From positions 30,001 through 62,000 of the forward strand of contig JAFVFD010000005.1 in the NCBI GenBank assembly GCA_017475605.1: 32,000 nt of DNA. Reading direction: 5' to 3'. Position 1 is the first letter of the stretch. The number at the start of each line of letters is the position of its first letter. Shown in pieces: positions 25,994 to 32,000 of the stretch. The notes beneath the pieces are model-generated. The model ran no database searches, was not told where the DNA came from, and saw only the letters and a list, made by a program, of their open reading frames with translations. A program made the translations under genes and the position numbers. This DNA is from Alphaproteobacteria bacterium (lineage in GTDB: Bacteria > Pseudomonadota > Alphaproteobacteria > Rs-D84).

Positions 25994-27064
25994 ATGCTTA
26001 ATATTCGTTATCGTGAAAGTACAAATACATGGCCTGGGTTCGTAGATTTATTTTCGAACCTGGTTATCATATTGATATTCTTGCTTATTATGTTCGTGTT
26101 TTTGTGGACCACAACAAGTGTGTTTAACAAACAAAGTGGTGCAAAGACCGTTGCCGAATTACGCGCCGAAACCGCGGACCAGGCACAAACAATTGAACAA
26201 ATGCGCGCTGACGAGCAAGAGGCCCGCCGCCTGCTGATTATGGCACGAAACGAATTGGAAACATTGGACAACGACCGCGCCGAACTCATCAATGAATTGA
26301 ATGAAACTGATTTAAGTTTGGCCGACCTGGCAACCGCATACGAAGAAAAAATTGCGGCCCTTACCCAGCAATTAAACCAGGCCAACGTTGACAAGGAACA
26401 GATAGCACAACTGGAACAGGAACGCGCAAAATTACACGATGAAATGTCCGCCCAACGCGCCGAATTGGCCGATCAAATTACAAAATTACAGGCGGCATTA
26501 GACGCGGCCGAAGAAAAGGCGCGCACCCAGGAAGTACAATATGTTGAAATGTCGAACCGGCTTAACAAGGCCCTGGCGGACAAGGTTGCCGAATTAAACC
26601 AAATGTCGCAATATCAATCGGCATTTTACCGCGCAATCAAAGATGCACTGGGCGACCGTACAACCGTTCGTGCCGATGGCGACCGCTTTATTGTATCAAG
26701 TGATATTTTATTCGCCAGTGGTTCATACAATTTGTCGCCGGACGGAAAACGCCAATTACAATTGATTGCCAATGTAATCAAAGATTTCGAAAACAAGATT
26801 CCATCAGATGTCGATTGGATTATCCGCGTTGACGGCCATACCGATAAAAAACCGGTTGTCCCCGGCACGCGTGCATACCGAAACAATATGCAACTGTCGT
26901 TCCTGCGGGCAACGGCGGTGGCAAATGAATTGGCGAAAAATGGGGTATCGCAACGCCGCCTTTTGCCAACGGGCTTTGGTGATTTACACCCGGTTGAATT
27001 GGGTAATTCCGCAGCCGACCTGCAAAAGAACCGCCGTATCGAATTACAATTAACAAATCGGTAA
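25994..27064 (+). CDS. MotB/OmpA-family peptidoglycan-binding protein with long central coiled coil
   Basis: N-terminal TM with a MotB-type conserved Asp (WPGFVDLFSNLVIILIF). About 190 aa of heptad-like Q/E/A/L-rich sequence. C-terminal OmpA-like domain (RVDGHTD...NMQLSFLRATAVANEL...NRRIELQL). Confidence 0.85.
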   Translation: MLNIRYRESTNTWPGFVDLFSNLVIILIFLLIMFVFLWTTTSVFNKQSGAKTVAELRAETADQAQTIEQMRADEQEARRLLIMARNELETLDNDRAELINELNETDLSLADLATAYEEKIAALTQQLNQANVDKEQIAQLEQERAKLHDEMSAQRAELADQITKLQAALDAAEEKARTQEVQYVEMSNRLNKALADKVAELNQMSQYQSAFYRAIKDALGDRTTVRADGDRFIVSSDILFASGSYNLSPDGKRQLQLIANVIKDFENKIPSDVDWIIRVDGHTDKKPVVPGTRAYRNNMQLSFLRATAVANELAKNGVSQRRLLPTGFGDLHPVELGNSAADLQKNRRIELQLTNR

Positions 27065-27072
27065 AAAAGAAC

Positions 27073-27101
27073 AAAAAAAATCGCCCAAATGGGCGATTTT
27101 T
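27073..27101. terminator. Bidirectional terminator between the motB-like and ygiW-like genes
   Basis: Hairpin TCGCCC-AAAT-GGGCGA (27081-27096) is flanked by an A-run and a T-run. Confidence 0.8.
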
Positions 27102-27104
27102 GGT

Positions 27105-27476
27105 TTAGATTTTTTCAATATAATCTATATCTATTTCCGTGTTGAATAATCCATGATCAACTTCGCCATAGATGCGAACTGTATCCGTTGGACCAACAAC
27201 CAGACCATGCCACGCATCATCGTCTATTTCCACAATGATTGAACCTGTGGAATCTTGGAATAAATATTTTTCATCACCGTTTTTCTGCAAGATTACACCT
27301 TCGACCCAAACCTTGGAATCGTCGCCCATGCCTTTAACCTGGTCAACGGTTAAAATAGTTGTTTCGCCACCTTTGAAACCGCCAGGACCCGATACAACCA
27401 TTGTTTCAGTCATGGCCGCATGCGCACCACCAATTGCGGCGGCACACATAATTATACCCATTGATATTTTTTTCAT
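27105..27476 (-). CDS. YgiW/YdeI-family periplasmic OB-fold (BOF) protein
   Basis: Start at MKKISMG (GGGGGAAAA RBS). Signal peptide, then VWVEGVILQKNGDEKYLFQDSTGSIIVEIDDDAW...VRIYGEVD, typical of the BOF family. Confidence 0.75.
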   Translation of the reverse strand: MKKISMGIIMCAAAIGGAHAAMTETMVVSGPGGFKGGETTILTVDQVKGMGDDSKVWVEGVILQKNGDEKYLFQDSTGSIIVEIDDDAWHGLVVGPTDTVRIYGEVDHGLFNTEIDIDYIEKI

Positions 27477-27554
27477 TTTTTCCCCCATTGTTTATTTTTT
27501 ATCCGCTGGTTATATTTTATCAAACAATGTTGGGTATTATCATAGGAACGAAAT

Positions 27555-27582
27555 AACAAAACGCACCAAACGGTGCGTTTTA
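27555..27582 (-). terminator. Terminator after mscS
   Basis: Hairpin ACGCACC-AAAC-GGTGCGT (27561-27578). On the minus strand it is followed by TTTTGTTATTT. Confidence 0.7.
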
Positions 27583-27589
27583 CTAATCA

Positions 27590-28489
27590 CTATTTCACAA
27601 TATGAACATCCATTTGTGGAAATGGAAAATGAACTTTCTTTTTCGGCAGCACCGCATATATCTGTTCATTTATATCTGCCATCACCGGATACATATCTGT
27701 ATAAGATGTCCAAAAACGCAAAACCAAATCAACCGAACTGTCCGACAGGCTTGATACGAACACAACTGGTTCCGGTGTTTTCAATATACGTTTGTCTTTT
27801 TTCACAATTTCCAATATCGCCCGGCGTGCGGCATCAACACTGTCGCCATAAGAAATACTTACCGTCAAATCGGTACGGCGATTTTTTCCATGTGATAAAT
27901 TAGTAATGATTCCATTTGCCAACGCGCCATTCGGTAAAAAGACAACCTGGTTATCAAATGTGTGTAATTCGGTTGTGAATATCATTATTTTTTTCACAAC
28001 ACCAACCTTGCCACTGGCGGTTTCAACGGTATCGCCAACCCGGAACGGTTTGAACATTAAAATGACAATACCACCCGCAAAGTTTTGTAATGTTCCCTGT
28101 AATGCCATACCAACCGCCAACGATGCCGCGCCCAACACCGCGACAATAGATGTCATTTGAACACCAACGGTTGTTAACACAATTATGAAAACAAATATTT
28201 TAAGCAGGATATTTATAAACGACCCCAGGAAAGATTGTAACGATGGATCAAAGTTACGAATTTCCATCATGCGCTTAAAAGACCTGGTAATTTTATTAGC
28301 CAACCAAATACCGCCACTTAAAATTAAAACCGCGACCAAAATTTTAAGACCAAAATCTACCGTTGCCTGAATAAGCGATTCCAGTGCCGCATCAATACCA
28401 GATTTTTCAATATTCAAAATTTCGGTTGGATTTTTTAATATTTCTTGTGTGGTTTCTAATACCGTTTGAACTTCCTGGTCCATTTTCAT
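27590..28489 (-). CDS. mscS: Small-conductance mechanosensitive channel (MscS family)
   Basis: Three TM helices plus the MscS beta domain (FKPFRVGDTVETASGKVGVVKKIMIFTTELHTFDNQVVFLPNG). The start lies 9 nt after the stop of the upstream Cys-rich gene, and AGGGG sits in that gap. Confidence 0.9.
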   Translation of the reverse strand: MKMDQEVQTVLETTQEILKNPTEILNIEKSGIDAALESLIQATVDFGLKILVAVLILSGGIWLANKITRSFKRMMEIRNFDPSLQSFLGSFINILLKIFVFIIVLTTVGVQMTSIVAVLGAASLAVGMALQGTLQNFAGGIVILMFKPFRVGDTVETASGKVGVVKKIMIFTTELHTFDNQVVFLPNGALANGIITNLSHGKNRRTDLTVSISYGDSVDAARRAILEIVKKDKRILKTPEPVVFVSSLSDSSVDLVLRFWTSYTDMYPVMADINEQIYAVLPKKKVHFPFPQMDVHIVK

Positions 28490-28498
28490 ACCCCTAAA

Positions 28499-30973
28499 CT
28501 ACATTGCTATGTCTTCACATTTTTCTTCAGAAGCAGTCGTTTCACAAGATGTATTTCTACTGTTGTGGAACCAAGATTTGCTGCCCGTTGTTTTACATGA
28601 TTCCGTAACAGTTTGTGTACAAATATGACAATTTCTTGTTTCACGCGAAAATACAGCTGTAACAGTTTTGGACAAACCACCACCGTTAAATGTTGTCCCC
28701 CCAAGGTATCCATCATTATTGAATGTAACCCCGTTACTTCTGATGACCCCGGCACCACCACGGGTAAGGTCTTCTGTTGAAAGGCCAGAACCGACATCAT
28801 AACTTATTGCGTATGGCGTATTCAATTCTGCTGTCGGTGTTGTAATTCCACCCCCAGCACCACCATTTTCGGCAATTTTTTGGCACATATATTGCGCCAA
28901 ATCTGCGGACGCATTTTTAGTTGCATCTGAAATAGCGGTATTTAATTTGTTGTTATAATTATCCTGGGCTTTACGTAATGCTGCAATTGCTATTTGCATT
29001 TTCACTTGGTTCAACAAGTTTGGAAAACGTGCCTCTGTTCTTTCGTTTTTACCTGTTATTTGTTTTAAATTGCGCCCACTAATACAATATTGAATTTCTG
29101 GGTCTTGTTCAATAATAGAAATTGTTCTATTAATAGTCCCGGCAATATTGTTTAATTCTTCTTCTATGTTAAATATAATTTCTTCGGCGTTATCAACACC
29201 TGTATTATTTTCACGAACCTTGGCTAAATAATCTTGAACACCTATTTCACCAGGTTTCAGTTTCGTTTCGCCGTCAATTGTTTTCCCAGATGCATCACCA
29301 ATCTTCAAAGAGCCAAAAGAAATCATACCCGTTACACGATATGTGGTCCCATCTTTCTGACTGCGCAAAGACCCTGTACCGATGGTGTCATCACTGGCAA
29401 ATTTATTACAATCTATTGTACTGCCGCACAATTCTAACATTTTGTTATCAACTAAATTTTGACAATTGTTCAATGCGGCATTATCAATATTCAGATATAA
29501 CCCCATAAGCATAGAATCTAAATCATCCATAGAAAACTCTGGATTATTAGCCTTGCACACAACTAATTTATCCAATGGGCAAATATCATGAATATAACTG
29601 TAATCCATACCGATACAGTTGGAAAAATCTTTACCGCAACGCGTATCATCGGTAAAACATTCTTTGACCTCTGTTGTACATGCGTCCACACGCATTGCCG
29701 CCAATTTATCCTTAACATAACCCCAAATAAGCGGTTCCATACGTTCGCATGGGTCTATTTCAACCTTACAAAAACTGCGCGCCATATCGGGCCGCGACAA
29801 GCACGCATCCATTGTCGCGACACCCTTGCCGGCGATATCATCACGACAAGCCGTCTGAATACACTTTGAAATTGTCCCTAAACAAGATTGACGAAATCTA
29901 GATTCAGCATTTGATTCCGCAACACGAATTGTTGGGGCCGCTTCGCGCAGAAATGCGGGCCAAACCATATCGCGTACGGCAACACATTTATTCAAAACAT
30001 TTTCACAAATATTACGTTTCGCATTCAACATTTCCATAGTTGATGCCGTAATATCAAAAACATCAACTGTTTGAACTTTGGTTTTAGCCGTACTTGTTGC
30101 TGCATTATTCTGCATATTTTCCGATGCTATTGTTGAAACACAATTCACCCAATCCGCCCCACAGGCATCGTCCGTCTGCATACATTTGCGGAATTCAACC
30201 ATACATTGCCCCAGGTCGTATTTATTTGCTTCTTCGAAACTTTCCTTTAACGCGGCCCGTACATCCGCATTGGCATTAGCCAGTTCCGCGTTCGCCTTAG
30301 CCTTGCTCTGTGCAATACTGTTTTCAAATGCCTTGCAATCAGATGTAATTTGACGTGCGTATAATTGGTGCAAGAAATTTAAATCTTTATTACAAGATAC
30401 CGGCATTTGTTCGCGGCACAATTCGTCGGCGGCATTAAACAGGGCATTGCCAGTCTTGTCGGCAATATTTTCCACAGAATCTTCAAACAAATCTTCATCG
30501 AAATTAAATGCTGAATTATCCCACAGGGCCAACAAATTTGCGCGTTTCTGTTCCTTGGTTTCTTCTAAATTAGAATATACAACATTGCCATTATTATCAT
30601 ATTGGCGCGTTCCATTAAAGATAATATCTGCCTGGGCACCGGCCTTGACACGTTCAACCTCAACCGTACGGATACGTTCCGCCTCGGACAAAGTATCCTG
30701 AATAGATGCCAGTTGCGATTCAAGATTTGCATTCAAATCACTACACGCACAACTGCCCCCGTTGACATTATCCATTATACAAAACTGATCCATACAACCA
30801 TAATAGGCATCATAACAACTTTGGTCATATACCCCAGTTGCCGCGACACGCGCCCGAACCGTTGTACCAGTTTGAATTGCCGATTGTTTTTTTGTAACCG
30901 CCGCATTAGCACCGACACCCACCACAACAGATGCCGCCAGTACACATAACGATAAAGTTTTTTTTGATATCAT
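28499..30973 (-). CDS. Large secreted cysteine-rich protein, 824 aa with 36 Cys in the mature part, unknown function
   Basis: I moved the start to MISKKTLSLCVLAASVVVGVGANA|A (RBS GGAGAGG); the longer ORF would overlap the upstream gene. It has many C-x6-C pairs and two copies of a C-x6-C-x6-C-x6-C unit. The C-terminus RNCHIC...CEDIAM is shared with the upstream paralog. Confidence 0.8.
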   Translation of the reverse strand: MISKKTLSLCVLAASVVVGVGANAAVTKKQSAIQTGTTVRARVAATGVYDQSCYDAYYGCMDQFCIMDNVNGGSCACSDLNANLESQLASIQDTLSEAERIRTVEVERVKAGAQADIIFNGTRQYDNNGNVVYSNLEETKEQKRANLLALWDNSAFNFDEDLFEDSVENIADKTGNALFNAADELCREQMPVSCNKDLNFLHQLYARQITSDCKAFENSIAQSKAKANAELANANADVRAALKESFEEANKYDLGQCMVEFRKCMQTDDACGADWVNCVSTIASENMQNNAATSTAKTKVQTVDVFDITASTMEMLNAKRNICENVLNKCVAVRDMVWPAFLREAAPTIRVAESNAESRFRQSCLGTISKCIQTACRDDIAGKGVATMDACLSRPDMARSFCKVEIDPCERMEPLIWGYVKDKLAAMRVDACTTEVKECFTDDTRCGKDFSNCIGMDYSYIHDICPLDKLVVCKANNPEFSMDDLDSMLMGLYLNIDNAALNNCQNLVDNKMLELCGSTIDCNKFASDDTIGTGSLRSQKDGTTYRVTGMISFGSLKIGDASGKTIDGETKLKPGEIGVQDYLAKVRENNTGVDNAEEIIFNIEEELNNIAGTINRTISIIEQDPEIQYCISGRNLKQITGKNERTEARFPNLLNQVKMQIAIAALRKAQDNYNNKLNTAISDATKNASADLAQYMCQKIAENGGAGGGITTPTAELNTPYAISYDVGSGLSTEDLTRGGAGVIRSNGVTFNNDGYLGGTTFNGGGLSKTVTAVFSRETRNCHICTQTVTESCKTTGSKSWFHNSRNTSCETTASEEKCEDIAM

Positions 30974-31005
30974 GCCCCTCTCCCCCGATTTGACGCACGA
31001 TGCGA

Positions 31006-32000
31006 TTACATATTTATATCTTCGCAAGATTCAATTTCTTGGCAGAATTCTTCTTTACCCCCCGAAGCAAAACCCATAAGTCCACCACCAATCAAACCTA
31101 CGACACCACCGATTGCCGTTCCCCAGCCAGGTGTTACCATTGTGCCCGCCGAAGCACCCGCCGCCGAGGCACCCGCACCAGCCTTTAACGCAGATGTCCA
31201 TTTGCTTTCGCCACCTGTTTCACAAACCTGCTGCATACGGCAAACATGGCAATTACGTAATTCTGGTTCAAAATTTACCGAACGAATATAACTGTAATTT
31301 TTGCTACCTTGTTTTGGTGTTTCAACCGCATATGTGTTATAGCAATTCTGACGCGCTTTTTCGACATCTTGTTCGCGGGACAATTCCGCAATACGCGATT
31401 CCAACGCACGCAAGGCACGATTTTCCGCACTTATATTTGCAATCAACTTTGCACTGTTAAACACACTTGTACCCAAACTGGCACGTCCCGCTGGTTTTTG
31501 ACTATCTTGACACGCAGCAACGGTTATATCTTTTTCAAATTGAGCAAAGAAAGCATCTACTGCGTTTGATGCATTTGCGCGAACTTCCGACCGCAATTCC
31601 GCCATTCCTTCTTCCGAATCAGGCAGAGTCATTAACGAAGCGACCGTATCATCATTTGGCAAACAAGACATATCTGTACCACACACACGTCCCAATTGAT
31701 CACCAAAATAATTCAAACACCCCTGCATCAAACGATAATCCATCTGCATCAAAGTTGCCTGTAATATGATATCGAACTGTGTTTCATTTTTACAGGATGG
31801 GAACATAGATTGTGGACATAATGCCGCGATTTCGTTTGATTTTTTGCCAAGACATTCCGGCGCAGTAAAGTTCTGACCACATTTATCGCGTAAACATTTA
31901 TCTACATCGTTTTGACAAAATTGAGTCCGCAAATAACCCAACTTATCATTAACCGCGGAACGAATACCCGGCACTAATTCTTCGCATTCTGTGATAACCG
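31006..32000 (-). CDS. Cysteine-rich protein, 5'-partial, paralog of the 824-aa protein, with C-terminal glycine-zipper segment
   Basis: The frame stays open from the listed GTG (31974) to the window edge (...ITECEEL-VPGIRS...), so the gene starts outside the window. Carries CQNDVDKCLRDKCG, RNCHVC...., GWGTAIGGVVGLIGGGLMGFASGG and the terminal CEDINM. Confidence 0.75.
   Translation of the reverse strand, partial: VITECEELVPGIRSAVNDKLGYLRTQFCQNDVDKCLRDKCGQNFTAPECLGKKSNEIAALCPQSMFPSCKNETQFDIILQATLMQMDYRLMQGCLNYFGDQLGRVCGTDMSCLPNDDTVASLMTLPDSEEGMAELRSEVRANASNAVDAFFAQFEKDITVAACQDSQKPAGRASLGTSVFNSAKLIANISAENRALRALESRIAELSREQDVEKARQNCYNTYAVETPKQGSKNYSYIRSVNFEPELRNCHVCRMQQVCETGGESKWTSALKAGAGASAAGASAGTMVTPGWGTAIGGVVGLIGGGLMGFASGGKEEFCQEIESCEDINM

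Noticed and set aside
25191-27064. Interpreting the MotA/MotB-like pair as a Zorya (ZorAB) anti-phage system or as the flagellar stator.
   Set aside because: ZorA carries a very long C-terminal tail and is accompanied by zorC/D or zorE. Here the A subunit is only 255 aa, the coiled coil is on the B subunit, and no partner genes are present. No flagellar genes are nearby either. I kept it as an unassigned stator-like pair.
27172-27903. 243-aa plus-strand ORF.
   Set aside because: It is antisense to the well-supported YgiW-like and mscS genes and spans their terminator. It is a shadow ORF.
30974-31027. 18-codon N-terminal extension of the 842-aa ORF that overlaps the upstream paralog.
   Set aside because: The internal ATG at 30973 has a GGAGAGG RBS and starts a textbook signal peptide. 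The extension is basic and non-signal-like.

Overview
This 32 kb window is a gene-dense, moderately AT-rich stretch of bacterial chromosome. It is most likely alphaproteobacterial. The evidence is a circularly permuted two-piece tmRNA with an ANDN-type tag, an rpsF-rpsR-rplI operon without priB, and an envC/ctpA neighbourhood. I support about 35 protein genes. The housekeeping set is polA (5'-partial), a fused accD-accA, ihfB, an ATL-type alkyltransferase-like gene, amiC, prfB with its programmed +1 frameshift, rubrerythrin, obg, ctpA, an EnvC-like M23 protein, tyrS, tsf, rpsB, recO, rplI, rpsR, rpsF, a YgiW-like OB-fold protein and mscS. There are also tRNA-Ser(CGA), tRNA-Arg(CCG), tmRNA, several near-consensus sigma70 promoters and about ten hairpin terminators. 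I found no transposase, integrase, CRISPR array or rRNA. The unusual content is as follows. (1) Five Sec-signal, cysteine-rich proteins fit no family I recognise. Three of them (5968-7182, 28499-30973, 31006-32000) are built from a recurring C-x6-C-x4/6-C(G) module. Two of those three are tandem paralogs with a shared C-terminal RNCH(I/V)C...CEDI(A/N)M module, and they nearly abut mscS. The other two (20092-21489) are Cys/Ser/Thr/Gly-rich surface-protein-like genes. Upstream of that pair lie a 560 bp non-coding region with a promoter bracketed by a perfect 23 bp inverted repeat, a cluster of palindromic hairpin repeats, and then a membrane-anchored DsbA-like oxidoreductase gene. (2) There is an orphan MotA/MotB-like stator pair whose B subunit carries a long coiled coil. 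(3) A Fic-fold gene with a degenerate catalytic motif is inserted antisense between envC and ctpA. (4) A roughly 175 nt highly structured candidate RNA has mutually exclusive pairings. All homology calls come from motif recognition by eye. RNA ends and promoters are approximate and need computational confirmation.
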